Part shown: positions 1 through 14,489 of the stretch, piece after piece
How the letters are laid out: each line of letters starts with the position of its first letter
Numbering within the stretch: the first letter of the stretch is position 1
Source of the DNA: Amoeboaphelidium protococcarum X5
Lineage: Eukaryota; Fungi; Aphelidiomycota
Reading direction: 5' to 3'
NCBI GenBank assembly: GCA_023515725.1
Contig: JALDTO010000154.1
Location: 248,001-312,000 of the forward strand
DNA length: 64,000 nucleotides
Notes under the pieces: model-generated
What the model was told of the DNA's origin: nothing
Database searches by the model: none
The model's input: only the letters and a program-made list of their open reading frames with translations
Program-made: the position numbers and the translations under genes

Positions 1-2
1 CT

Positions 3-1475
3 AATGTTTCAAGTGCGAATAATAATAATCTCGTGAGTAGTAGCTCATACTGGCAAGCTCCAGATGACGATGATGATTAAAGTGAGATATCAATCAGTGA
101 TTTGCTTCGGTCTAGAAAGCGAGGCCAAGTTCAGGGCCATAGTATATCTAAAAATGCGGAATATCGAAGGATTATTAGTGATGCTTATTCAGAGTCACTG
201 TAGGAGAGAAAGTTGGAAAATGTCATGAGCACTAAATGCGACAAGATATTCGCCTCACATTGGATTAATGACAGTCATATAGTGATTGGAACAAAATGCA
301 GCAAGCTCATTGTAATAAATACACTGGACTGCCTGCAGACGCCAATCTAAATTGATTTAATCTCCAATAACAAAGATCCGATGCGCCGTCTATCTCGACC
401 TGATGATACTTTTGCCTTAATTAGTAGTGGTATAAGAACGATTAGTCTCGATCCAAGCAGAAGATTTCTACTAGCCAGTGGTAGTGACCCGAAAGACATT
501 GCATTATACTCGGCCGTGACATTGGAACCACTGTGTCTCTTTGGTACTAATCAGTAAAAGTCTGGTCATAACGATGTTATATTTGGCAGCTGTTTCGTCA
601 GCGATAAGCACTTTATAACATGTGGGAGAGATTAGAAAATTGCATTATGCCGAATTTCAGATTACATTTACTAAAGTCAAAATCAAAGTGGCACTGCTGC
701 TGATGATTGTGGCGACAACACTAGTAGTTTATCGCGACGATTCAGTTATCCTGTTGTTGCACCTGAAAAGCTGTATCTTGCACACAATGACAAGGTGAGA
801 GATATAAAGTATGATCGTTGGAATCAGTAGTTCATGACTCTATCCACGGACGCGTCAGTCAAGCTGTGGGATGTTGACACAATGAAATGTATTTCACGGT
901 CGCCTCTTGTTCACTCTCAGGAAACTGTATGTCTCTCCGTCACCAAAACCATAGTTGATCATTAACACTTGGACAGTGTGAATCAAGATAATACTCAATA
1001 GAAATTTTATGCTCGCCAGTCTGGTAAGAGATACACCAAGTCTCAATAAAATAGCTCTTATCCGAGTATATTATATGCAGTAGGATCTCAATCCCATGTA
1101 TCATTTATCGATACGCGATGCGCTGATGGAGTGATCAAGATGGTGGAGTCGCGTGATAACAATTACGGTGTACGATCACTCACATGGACACCAGACAACA
1201 ATATCCTATTAGTTGGCGGCGGTTGTGGTAGAATATCGTTGTATGATATGAGAGGTGGCAAGTTTTAGTAATGCGGTGACAATGGCGGAGAATATTTTCA
1301 GACCGGTAGCGGTTATCTGGAATAGAATAGAATCTATCATCAGCACTTTTCCGGTTAGAGTATACCGAACGCTGTATACACTATGGAATTTGATCCCTCG
1401 GGAAGTCAGTTATTTTGCGGAGGCGGGCCTTTACAATGCGGTCTAGTTGGAAATTACGCGTCATTATGGTAATGA
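3..1475 (+). CDS. DCAF12: DDB1-CUL4-associated factor 12-like WD40 protein (5' partial)
   Basis: Open frame with TAR=Gln up to TGA at 1473; motifs DKIFASHWINDSHIVIGTKCSKL and YPNAVYTMEFDPSGSQLFCGGGPLQCGLVGNYASLW match DCAF12. Confidence 0.85.
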
Positions 1476-1598
1476 CGGGTGACAAGTAGTTGCCAGTAGT
1501 AAAGGCAAAGAAATCGCTTAAGACATGTCAAATCAAAAATAAAATTTTCATTTCCATATGTATTGAAATTAAAATCTTCACCCAAAATTATATCGATT

Positions 1599-2360
1599 TC
1601 AAATCTTCAAACTAGACACGTACTAAGGTCTTCTGATCTTTCCAGCTAGTATCATAATAATTATGAATACTACTAGGGGAATCACAAACATGGCAATGAG
1701 TAGCGCTGCAGGATCCAGCCCATGTCCTGCAATAGTTTACAAATGTCCAGATGCTCCATTGACACAATTGCATGAACTAATGACCTTATTATACTCGGCG
1801 CCCATAAAGTCAGGCATCAGAAAGTAATTACGCGGACGACATACACCAATATCCCAATCCAAGCCCAAATCCTAGCAAAAGTCACTGCAAGCCTGTTCAC
1901 TCTTCTAACACTGAACACCAACGTTGTACTCCAAGCGCGTCCCATTAGACAAAAATCCCTAAGACACAAAACCAGCCAGAAAGTCCTCAGGCTGAAGATA
2001 AGAAGACGATGCAGATAACCCCTTAACCGTGTCCGTCTGCATATAGTTACAATCAGCAAAAGTAGGGCGACCGTGATCATATCTCAGAGTTTTCGTGTAG
2101 CAATAGGATTGAAGTTCTGGCATGATCTATGGCACTGGCTTCACCCCATTCTCCTTGTCCAAACACAAACAGCGCGAATTAGTGCTATAGTATCCATCTC
2201 TCTGTGTTAAGAGGCAGGAGTTATCGAACGCGAACTTATCTTGCGAGGTACACTTCTCTTCGCACGCGTCCAACTTTTCATAGCAAGGCTCCAAGCTATG
2301 AGTACCATTGAATATCCCATAATCGCGAACAGGTTTAGCTTCAATTATTTGCAAGTCCAT
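1599..2360 (-). CDS. Cys-rich single-pass membrane protein, orphan (true start uncertain)
   Basis: 253-aa frame with two C-x6-C-x3-C...C-x-C modules, a C-terminal TM (AALLIAMFVIPLVVFIIIMILAG) and a short tail; no clear signal peptide. Confidence 0.6.
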
Positions 2361-2714
2361 TTTCAGTTATTTCAGTATAAATTATCTAAAAGGTGGCTAA
2401 TGCTTTCTATTAATTTTTTTAACACAGTCTAGTCTGCTTAGTTCTAATATCTTCAGCGATGCCTTTCGAAGACAGTAATAAGCCGTCTGCGTAGAGCCCC
2501 TTGTGTGGCTCGTTGGATTGGTCAAAGTAACCCCTGAACGCGGTCTGAATTTCTTTTAAATCTCCTTGATTAAGTAACAACATCTGGTTTGTTGTTTCTC
2601 TTTCGCTCTGTATAATTTCTTGTGATACACACTGCATAATTGCATTTTATTATTGCTTTGAATTGCAACTGGTCTTTAGAGTGGCTATTCTAATCGGCAC
2701 TAATCTTGGGCACA

Positions 2715-5700
2715 ATGACGAGAGTTTTTAGTAGCAGTTTCCGATCCGGTTGGAAGCGCGATCCATCTACTAATGATTAATAGATATCCACTGCTGGTAA
2801 TAGTAATAGTAATAATAATAGTAATGACGACATTTTACCTGTCTAATCATCATCTTCTGCTTCATCGCTCCCCTCAGTCAAGCCTGCTCCACTTCATATT
2901 GACAGAGGCTTCACTGATGAATTGAATGAGATTATAAGCTCGCCGGCAAGCACTCGAGTATTTGGGCGAATTAAATCTGGCTCTATGGACAGTTAAGCCT
3001 AATCTCTGTAGTATAATTAAGATGGGAAGGCGAAGCTCAATTCCAATGGTGATGATGGTACTGACAATAATAATAGTGATGGATCTGATGCTAATGGCGA
3101 AACTTTTTTTGGACCAAGTGTCGTGATTTCTAGGGATGTTGTACTCTCTGGTCTGGTGAAGCTATTTGAGGTGTTTTATCTTCTGTCTGGATTTTCTTTT
3201 ATCACCTGCATCACCATCTGTATCTTTGTGAATGTTGGCTACGTTGCCTTCTAGACATCTGGTGTCATATACATTGTAGTGCTGGCATTCACCTTCTTCT
3301 CATCCATTCTGTTCGCCTTCTATCGTTCACTGCTAGGCACTGTAATTAGATTGATGCGCCTGGTGTGGCTGCAGAAGTTTGGTGGTGGACGGCGGGATAT
3401 GTTCTATGTGAGGTGGATCGATTGGATTTATACCAAGGCGACTGGTAAATAAGTGGAGTATGATGATCCTCATTCATGGCTCACCTTTTTCAAGATTACA
3501 TTTCTGATTTTGTCGATTCTTATATTCGTCGGTGCGCCGCTGATCACTGTGGCTGCCATCTTTGGGTATTGGACCATCATAAACGTGTTTTGTGCCCTGC
3601 TCACCATTGTATCTGCTGCATTTATCATATTGGTCAATTGGGCTAGACGTATATTGAGATTTTTGAACTTTATTAAGAATATATTTATGGGCGCCTTTGG
3701 GAATGAACTCGTTCTGCCTCAGATGCTGGTCGCCTATCTGGCATCGACTGGTAATGATCTGGGTAGGAATCTAGTCGATGTCTGGATGGAGAGAGTTGTG
3801 GTGTGGTCCGCGTGTATCGCTGTTGCTTCCAATATATTTACATTGTTCCGACCTGATCTGATTGTTGAGATTGTCTGTCTTTCACTGGCCTTTATCGCCT
3901 TTGTGGTTAGGTATAGACGCAGGTTGTTGTACTGTTGCTTTGGGAAGAAGAAGTCGCAGCAGTAATAATAGTAGTTTTAATCTCCTCTCTAATTAGTTTA
4001 GAATGACAGTGAAGAGACTTTGGTTGGTAGTACTGAGAGTGGGATGGTTGGCATCAACAGCAACAGTGATCTGAATAATAATAGCAGTTCAGATAATCTA
4101 CTCAATCACCCCTCTCAATAGAGTCCCCAATCCCCGCATGGTTCAGAGTGGGATGGTCACTTTTATGGAGAGAGATGCTTCCCTCAAGTATTGTTGGTTT
4201 TTGTCTTCAGAGCCTTACTTTTTGCCACTGGGTTTGTCGCACTGATGTACATGGACTTGACTGATGTTCGATCTTATGATGGTAATAAGCCTCCAGCAGC
4301 ACGTCATCTATCCGATATCCCAGTGCAGAAAATGATCAATATATTCGCCGCGTTTTTTGGCCTCACGATACTGAAAGACCTGTCCTTCATTTTCCCGATG
4401 CCTAGATATATTAGATCGCCCATAATGTTCCTCGTGCAGTGTGCTCAACTATCTGTCGCAGTCTATGGATAGTATTATTTCAGATCTTTTACATTTACTG
4501 CATCTCTAATTCTGGCCATTTATGAATTGGATTACCGCGAAGGTAAATGGTATTGGAGTCATAAAGATACGTTGCGTGTTTAAGAGCGCAGTAAGAAGCG
4601 TGCATCAAGGAACGCTTGCATTATATTGGTAATGCTCTTATTGTGTTTTGTTGGAAGTATTGCCGCCGGAATTATGAATGCGAATTTCCAATCTCGTGGA
4701 GAAGATGCTAATAAGTAATTTTTGGATCTTCTCAGAGGTACACCACCGACCACTAGTAATGCTCAAAGCTCGTTAAATTCCGGATCTAATGCCACATTTT
4801 ACAGTTCCACTCCAATGTGCACACTGAAGTATACGAGAGAAGATCTGACACTCACAGATCTTGGCATAATGTCCATGGCAGCGTATCAGTAGACTCGAGA
4901 GGCGGCACTGGAGAGAATTAGATTAGATCTGTAGTTGGATGCATGGGATGTTGGATTGTACAACTTGGGACCAAGTATTCGTGATCAACCACCGGGGTTC
5001 AACAGAACTGCGCAGAATTACAGCAACATCGAGGTTGTCACTGGTGTCAGATTTATCGAATTTAGACACCAGCGAACTAACGTGTCTGTTATAGCTATCA
5101 GAGGTACGCAGAATCTGGAGGATATCTTTCAAGATTTGTATCTGTGGTTTACTCCGTTCCTACTACAATCTAGTTCTTATTTCGGTACTCTGATTAACTT
5201 GTGGCCAGTGCAGACTGTTAGCTATACCGTGGCACTTATATCCAATTTTGCTAGTTATCCTAATCTGATTTACTGGGGTGAGATGGAGAAGATAGTCACG
5301 CGTGTAGTCGATGATAAGCACGAAACTCTGAGAGATAGGGTGAGAGATAAACTGTATGGTGATGGTTCTGACCAGGAGTAGGATGGAGCGTTATCCATTT
5401 TCAAGATTCCATTCACCAACCGACCTATATTCAAAGACCCGAGAGATAATGTCATTGGCTCGTCCACAAAGGTGATGTTGACCGGACACTCTATGGGCGG
5501 TGGATTAGCGTTCATAATTGGTGCCCACCTGGGAATTCCCGCTGTGGGATTCTCATCACCCGGCCTGGCGTACAGTAGTATAATCTATAAGCTGACACAG
5601 AAGGCTCTTATGACTTAGACGGTGAACATTGTTCCGCTTAATGATCCCGTGCCGAAGTTCGATCTCCAGATATCACAAGTGTAAAATGTGCCGTGTGACG

Positions 5701-5783
5701 CTGATTTCTCAGTTGATTGTCACAGCTTAGATCGTACCGTGGTTGAGATCATGAAGATTTGTGGAGTGCCAGGCAGACGTTGA
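2715..5783 (+). CDS. Multi-pass membrane protein with C-terminal class-3 lipase (Atg15-like) domain
   Basis: One 1022-aa frame joins the ORF-track pieces at 3453, 4191 and 4935; IAIRGT, TGHSMGGG (GxSxG), FSSPG and DPVPK motifs; many hydrophobic helices upstream. Confidence 0.8.
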
Positions 5784-6034
5784 TTTTACATTAGATCCAG
5801 GCTGACCGCTATCTATAATAAGTAAGTATAATAAAGTATTGAATAAATCAGTTTACATATTTTAGTAAACATTTATATGTATCTTTATACTGTTTTTAGT
5901 CTTGATTATAGAACTTTTGTGCCCTTGATCGGACGTTTTCTATCCCCATCTTTCCACATTCAGTTCGCGATTAGATTCTGAGATTGAAAATCAATTTCAT
6001 CCTGTAAAAGATCATATAAAGGATCGATTACATA

Positions 6035-7054
6035 ATGACTATGGGTGTTAAATGTATATCGTAAGGAAAGGTTAGATAGTTGTATGCTAGCGATAATGAC
6101 GCGCATAAAGATCAATTGTTGATGGTCACGTCTAACAGAATATCTGCATTTGATGTCGTATTAGACGCTGAGATACCGCGTAAGGGAGAGGTATTAACTA
6201 GCATAAGTATTTTCTGGTTCAAGTTATTGGAGAAATGTGGTCTATTACAAGGGCCGCTTATCAATAAGGGAGTTGCATCAAAATCATCATAAGTATCTTC
6301 GCTACCTATTGATGGTAGTTCAGCGATAAGACATCACTTAATCACTGCGGATGTAAACGAGATGCCCGCTGTGTTTAAAGAGTTTATACAATCTTCACAG
6401 TCTTAATCATTTGAAATTAATCCAAAATCTGTTATGTTGGTTAAGAAACTCAACGTGATTCCCTTTGAGGCCATCTGTAGAGGATATCTGGCTGGATCTG
6501 CGTACAAGGACTACTTTCGCTCACGTTCTAGTTAATCTGGTAAGAGCAATGCTGACATTCCTGAAGAGATTAGAAATCTGCCAGATGGTTTACAACTCTG
6601 CGATAAACTGCCTGAGCCTTTGTTTACACCTAGTACTAAAGCTGAAGTTGGAGGCAAGGATATCAATGTGTCATTTAGTACAATGCAGCGTGATGTCGGT
6701 GCTGAGTTGGCACAGCGCGTGAAAGATGCCGCACTTAAGATTTACACTGCAGCTAGTGAGTATGCTTTGTCGAAGGGGATCATTATTGCAGACACAAAGT
6801 TTGAGTTTGGAGTTGATCCAATAACGTAAGAGCTCTATCTTGTGGATGAAGTATTGACACCAGACTCTAGTAGATTTTGGCCTTTGGAGTCGTATTAGCC
6901 TGGGCGTGATCAGGCTTCATTTGACAAGCAATTTGTGCGTAACTATCTCACCAGTGTTAATTTTGACAAGAAGACTGCGATCAAGTTGCCTCAAGAAGTC
7001 ATTGAAAAGACCTCCGAGAAGTATCTCCAGCTGTTATAGATTCTGACTTTATGA
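6035..7054 (+). CDS. ADE1: SAICAR synthetase
   Basis: [67 protein letters not shown]. Confidence 0.95.
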
Positions 7055-7241
7055 AGTGTTTGAATGGATAATTATTAGCAATATCTCCAATTTTCAAATA
7101 GTTGCGCGCCTGCGTTATATCTTGACTTGTTCTAATGTAAAAGATCGACAGAGAGTATCATTTACAAACTTTATTACAATTCCGCCATTAATATCACTTT
7201 ACGCAATTATACAACTGCCACCTGATTCGACTCAGTACTAT

Positions 7242-10200
7242 TCACCAGAACGGACACCAACCAATGTAACACTGGCACAGGTTCTCGATTGCGGTCGCTT
7301 ATTAGATCAGCTTCTCAATCTGAGCCTCAACTTCTAACGCGGAGCCATCCAGCGTCTTAAAATCTTTACCAGTGAGCTTATTCTGAACACGTTTAATAAC
7401 AGCCACAGCTTTGGCATTCAACACCTCCGGTTTCTATTTACCTTTATCGGCAGCCATATCTCCATCCTGCATTGATTCATGACCGGGACCGCCGCCTCCT
7501 ATAGCAGCACCAGCATTGGCTCGCAATGATTTCTACCTCATAGATCCCATAGCCTGAGTGACATCATCAAAAAAGTCATCCTCATCACCCTCCTCTTGAA
7601 TACCACCACTTCCACCATAATCACCGTCCTGTTGCATTTGATCTCTATCGCTCATCTATTTGTTATTGTTATTACTGTCTGCCACGCTGACGTTACCAAA
7701 TAGTCTCCAATTAATCAATGGATCATGAACAAAAGCCTCTAGCACCGCCATGAGACTATCTTTACTTTCACGCACGACACGCATCACATTCTCCGCCGTC
7801 GACCTGAACGATCCTTCTATACCAGACACCTCCATGGCATTTATCAACATGCGGGTGAGTCTGAATGGAATCTTCTCCGGAAACTTATCTCTCTACATGG
7901 CCACCTCAAAGCAGTCCCCAAAATCAATGTGTATAATCTTGCCACTGTACTTGTCCAACATGAGATTAGATGGGTGTCTATCACCAAGTCCAAGAATGTA
8001 ACCGACAATGGACATAACAGCTAATGAGCGGACATAATTAGTTCTTCTATCGAGCCATGACTCGGAACTGCTACTCTTTAACCATAGCACCTTCTACAAA
8101 TCCTATCCAGTGGTCTGCTCAAGTGCATATTAGAAAACCTCAATCTTCTGCATCAGGGACAAATTATCATAATCAGGTGCCATTTGCAGCATTAGACGAT
8201 GTTCGATGTTAAGCAGCACCTTTCTACCCTCACGGTAATCTCTAATGAGACTATGCAGAGTGTCACAATTAGGAACCCAACCAATAAGACCCGAGTTTGG
8301 AGATAGAGGAATAACAGGATATCTTTGGATTGCAAGATGCCGCTTATAAGTCTCAGGATCTGTCATTAGGAGCGTATTTACCAGACCGAACAACTGCATA
8401 ACTCTCTCATCCTAACGCAAATCCTCGTGGCCTTTCAGCAGATACTGATACTGTTTACCATCGCTACCAACAATAGTCAATTTCCTTGGTCTTTGCTTGG
8501 AGGTTATCACAGATAGACTAGGGGCGAACGACTTGATTCTCACCACAGCGTCACCACTCTTGTAAGTACCAGGGATAGCCAATTCCAAATCGGTAGCATT
8601 CAACAGCTTAGGGGAAACATATTGCAATTCAAGAGTGGTCAACTATGGAAGCTACTTATTAATTCTACGGAAAATAGAATAATACAAATCCCAGGCCTGA
8701 TTAATGTCATTCTCCACACCGCTCTACTTGAATTTGCGGCACCATTCAGCAGCCTCTTGCAAGTCACGTCCAAAGCACTACAAGAACGATACTTCACGCA
8801 AAGTCTCGCCACCATTCTCCAACATTGCATGAAGTGGCTCCAGTTTCTCAAACATACCCTGCACGTTGTGCTCTCCAAAATACAGTCTGGATGCATCTTC
8901 AAGAGCTTCATGCCACATCTCATGCCATAGAATTGACACTCTGATCAACTCTTGACTCACCAATAATGCCTACTCAACAAGCCTAGAGCTATGATGTCTC
9001 ATCTTGTCCATGATCATGAGTGCGGCATTTCTACGTGGGATACTTTGAGACTTGGATGCCACAGTCAAACTATAGACCAAGGCCTGTGGATGAGCTTTTC
9101 CGATCTCTGTGAGCAAATAATGGTTCAATTTACGAACATCTTCACTAGGCGTGTGAATTCGCGCAATTAGCTGTGGAATCACTTGTAGCCATGTATCAAT
9201 ACTCACACTTTCAATACCATTCATGATACTCTTGTACACTTCAGGCAGATGACCGTGCTTAAACCACAGAGTGAGAAGTCTAAGAGTATCTTGTAGAGAA
9301 TTGCCTTTCGACAGAGAAATCGAACGGAAGAAGCCTTGAATGGCCTGCACAACATACAAATTTATGCCAGACTACGATACTGATTATTGAGTAACGGCAG
9401 AGCTAGACTTGATTAGCTCGGGTGCCTTTTCCATCAATGAGGCCACCTCAAAATTGGCAAGTGCAAACGTATGCCAAGCTTTATACCACTGAGGGTCCAG
9501 CTTGGTAGCTTCTTCATAATTTCTGAGAATAGAGTGTACATTCTTAGAACTCCATGTATCGTCCAGATGATGTTGCCACTGGCCCAGCTTTAAGTGACAA
9601 CGTGCAAGAAGTTGAGCATTGATATCTGAAGCAAAAATGTGCTACTCCGTGGCCATGGACCCTTTCAGCTTGCCTTGGTAAAGCCCGGTCATAGTAACAG
9701 AAAGCTACTTCATATGACTGAACGTCGCATTAGAATGACTAGATTCCCAAATATGCTTCAAATAATTATACGTAACAATAGGATTGGTACTGGTTATATC
9801 AGAAGGATTAGCCTTATTGGCGCCCAACTAATCCACATAAATATCGTCTGCCAACTTATTACGCCCACTCTTGCGACATAAATTGGCGTACTTGACGTAA
9901 ATCTCAACGTCATCCTTTGGATCTAATACCAAGCCGCGCACTCTCAACACTCTCTGCCAAATATCCAAGTTTCTCTAACATCCCTTCAGACGCTCAGACC
10001 ATGCCTTCTTTATCACCGCCTGACGTTCAGGAATGTCTTGAAATTTCTTATACACCAAAATTTCCTCCAATTCAGACAGGATCTGAATTCTAACAATTCC
10101 GTTGTATGCTCGAGAATAGCTTTCACCCACCAGAGCCTTAATTTCGGAATCAAGAAAATCTCTAGTCTTGTCAATGTACATATAAGCCGAATTATGATCA

Positions 10201-13200
10201 TCCCTCTTTATGGCCAAAATCACTTTAAAAAAGGTGGCATCAGGTGAATCTGGCTTCATATACTGCACATAATCATCCATCAACTGCCATTACTTAAGAC
10301 CCCATGCAGCGGCAGTCGCCAGTGGGGACAAAGTTCTCTTGGTTGAATCGTCCACGACATAAAATTACTGTTGGGCGATATCGTTCAACTTATCCCACTC
10401 ACCTAGTGCATGTAAACATCTCAACCTTCCCAGTACAATACTAGGATTCTTCTTTATGTCAGCACTATCGCTCTTCTCGTATGACTCCAATGCAAGATCC
10501 CAGCGCTACAAACTCTCATACCAGGCCTCCTTCAACTCCATATTGTGTTTCTGCTGTACAAACTTCAACAGACCAGTCGCACTATCTGGCTGCTGTAGCT
10601 GATTATTAATCGATATCAGCGCTTCTACAGTCTCTGGCAACGGATCATTAATGAACTCATTTTCCTTCATGTGCAAAGCCTTGGCATAAGCATGGAACTT
10701 GGCGGCCACATTACCGAGCAGCTTTGAGTCGATTGGCAGAATTTTCTCATCGTGCTCCATGAACTCAGTCAAATTCAAAAGGATTTAAACCACCTCAGGA
10801 GGAACTGTAGGTGAGGTGAGGGCGCTTTCAATTGCACGCACCAATTCATCTTGCAACTAATCATACAACTCACTCCAACATGAAGTGAAAGCAGCATTAA
10901 AAAGCCAACTAGCTAGTGGATGATAAGAGCTAGCAAGACTAGCACAGGCTCTCAATGCATGAGATGGAGACTCTTTAAGCAGTTCCACTGATAGTCTACG
11001 AAGCCATTCCTACCAATCCTCCTTGGCTGAGCGTTGACCCGTCTCCCAAGCCTTCTTCAAATGCATCTGATTCACAGGGAGCTTCTTGGTAAGATTAGAG
11101 TCCGCTACAGATACATCTTCTGTATTCTGATCGTTATCAGCATCAGCTCCGAACTCTTGAGGCAGCGGCTCCTTCTTTATCAATTTCTATACAAGAAGCG
11201 TATAGTTAGGATGCACAATACGCTGCTATTTCAGAATCTTATTAATGGATGGCACAAACACAACAAAATTCAGCCTTAGCTAATACATAACGGCACACAG
11301 AGCATCAATCACAGGTGTCTTCAATTCCGCGACAGTATTCGGAGACAACAAAATGCGCTCCATCGAATGAACTATCCTAGCAGCATACTCTTAAATATTC
11401 GCATTCTTAGACAGCTTGCCAATAGTAATAATACAAGATTTTCTCAGCATTATAGGCTCATCCTCCTTCTCGGCGCACTATAACAAAGCAGGCATGATGA
11501 GACTTAAATAGTCCTCCACACTTGAGCCAAAAACAACAAGAGCGTGTAACACTTTGAGTGCCACCACACGTCTTTCTGACCTGTCCACCTCGAGCATCTG
11601 CAGCATATGGCCTAGTAATTTCGGTAGATATATGCGAAATTCCGTGTCCAAAGCCATAGCAATAGACTCAATGAGAGTGAGAATAGTGAGCTGAACATTT
11701 CCATTTGGTCCCCAATACAATTTTACCATATCCAAAATGTCCACCAAGTAATTGCGAATATGCTATTTAACAACACTGACCAGTGCTCCAAGTTGTTGAA
11801 TATAAAACTCCAACAGGCCTTGAGGAGCATTGCGCATCATGGTCAAGAACGGTGGCATAATAATTGGCAGCAGGGAGACACTCTTGAAACCAAGAGACTT
11901 GATAATGTAAATAAGACCTTGGATTACGGCAGTGTGATGAACAGTAAGTGTAGAATCATTAAGGATCTTAATCAAAGAGTTCACGGCAATCTAGGAGTAG
12001 TAATCTTCATTCTACGACGGAGTCTGTAACTGCAGAGCATCAACCTCAGCCATACTACGCAAATCAACAGCATCCTCAATACTATTCTAATTCATACGAT
12101 GTCGATACGGATCTAATGCTCCCAAAATACCAAGAACTCGCATAGTCTGTATCCTGATCGAATGAACAGATTCGGATTGGAGAATGTTCAGTAACAGAGG
12201 CAGCAATTGAGGGTGCTGGAAATAAGGTTAAACGACATAAGGACAGTTGGCAGCAATCTATCCGAGACATTTCAGAGCTGATTCACGTTTACCAACAGAA
12301 GATTAGTCTTGAATAGTATCAATAAGCACAGGCATCAACTGCGGTAAATATTTCGCCATACTCTCACGACCAATGGCAGCCAGTTCTCCGATGCTCAGCA
12401 TAACTTGAGCAGATACACTGGGAGATGGGTCACCAACTTTCAGCAGTAGATTATCCATCATCGGGCCAACATACGGTTTAATCAAACGTTGACACGCCGT
12501 GATCAACAATGACAATAACGTGGCACTTTCCTCCTTAGACTTTGACACATTAGAGTATTCAAGATCAGACATGAGACGCAGAAATACCTTTCGCAGACTA
12601 GGCATTATATGAGCAGGATTGTACAGTGTCAACCGACCAATGATATCAACGCATAAACTTCTCACCTCCCAGTCCTCATCGTTCAGAGCAAAGAATAAAG
12701 AATTGATAAACTCCTTGCTCGAGAGTAAAATATCAAACTCTTGAGAGATGTTGGACAAAATGACACGTCTAATCGTCACGTCTGGATCTCCAACAGCAAT
12801 GTTGACCAGCTTATGCAAAATCACTTTGTACATGGACTTCATATTAGAATTACTCTTATACTCTATAGGATCATTCTCCATTATTTTCAATGCACAAATT
12901 GAAGCAGAACGTCGCAGCTCATTAATATCGTCATCGAGATAGGCCAACACCACATCCTTCGCAAAGTGAGTCAAAGTGTAAGACTTGAAATTGAACTCTG
13001 ACAATACATTGAATGCAGCAACAAACAGATCCACATTCTTATCCTCTTGTACAATCACCATACGCAAATTTGACGCCATCATTGCGAGAGGCGCCACACT
13101 CAAGGAACCAGCAGGCCGAAAAGGGGATCCTGAGAGCGTCATAGAGACAAGGTTAAGCATTTACACCTGAAGATAATGTAACAGTTAAGGTACATTCTCA

Positions 13201-14489
13201 GCAATCACAGCCAACGATGTCCTCAATGCATCACTAAGACCACAGCTGAGCATCAACTCTGTGAGCTCTCGTAAATCCTTGACAATACCCTGACCGACAG
13301 CTTGTGATAACATGGCCACGAAATGAAATACGGCAGCTATATCGGCAAAATTCTTACTTCTTCCACGAACACTCAACGATTCTTTAGCGGATGTTATAAG
13401 CTGAGGTAGATACTAAGTAATTGAAGACTAAACAGCAACACAAATACCACCGCAGCTGTTAAATGCCGCCACCTTATCTTTATCCTTCTTCAGATGTCCA
13501 ACCAGATAGGACATTGCAGATGCAAGATAATTACTGACAAAAGCATCCGGTTTAAAAGACGCAAGCAACGGCAATACCGTCATAACAGACTTGCGAATGA
13601 GTACATCCTTATTGTCCTTGTGCTTCAGAACCAGATCACACAGTTCAACGTAATGCTCATTCAAGCCATCGTTAGAAAACTTCAACATTGACTCCAAAAC
13701 TAACAGACTCGCATGTACACTTTCGATACTAGAACTTTTAAATCCTTTCAAAGTCTCGTCAACCAGTCTCGTATACCACTTGGCCTTGAATCCCTCCTCA
13801 CGATCCCGAGTGGATGTAATAACGCAGCTCAAACATTCAGCAGCACTCTCCCTGATTGCCTGTTTGACATCTCTCAGAGGATACCATATCAATTCCACAA
13901 TTTAATTCGTATAAGCATAGAGGAGGGTAGGTGCAGACAATGTCAACTCATGCAAAACACAAACAGCTGCAAATCGTTTATGTTCCATCCTCTCACCTGT
14001 GATCCACTCTATACATCGACCAACCTCGAAATCAACAAACTCCGCCGTCAGAGTGCCACCATACTAAGCCAAATTACCCAAAGCCTTGGCAGCCAGAACA
14101 ATAATCTAAGTCTCCACATTATTTCCACCAATTCCACTACCACTCCCACCACCAGAACCGGGAATGACATTTCGCAAGTAATTGGCAAAGCGAGCCACTT
14201 TGGTACCAGTCTCCTCGCCTTCCACCTCAATACTGGCCAGAGCTTCAATACATACAACACCACACAACTTTTCATTCAGATCATTGGAATGAATAAACTC
14301 AAATATTTTCCTGTTAATATCATTCATAAACTTGGTGAACTGATCCCCACTCAGCTCTCGACTAACATTTATGGCGTGCCTCTTCAACCGCTCAGCACTC
14401 TTCTACTTGTCTCCTCCAAAAGAGGCACTACTCATCTCTGCAAATATTTTACTCAGAGTATCCACATACTACGCAGCCACCATTGCCAT
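7242..14489 (-). CDS. TOR: Target of rapamycin kinase, single exon, 2415 aa
   Basis: All fragments share one frame; HEAT, FAT, FRB ([12 protein letters not shown]), kinase ([33 protein letters not shown]) and FATC end GWCPFW-TGA. Confidence 0.97.

Noticed and set aside
2341-2637. Short minus-strand ORF upstream of the Cys-rich gene
   Set aside because: Different frame, and no convincing splice joining it could be established.
7242-14489. TOR and other genes as pseudogenes full of nonsense mutations
   Set aside because: Interruptions are only TAA/TAG, never TGA, with no frameshifts, and they fall at conserved Gln positions.
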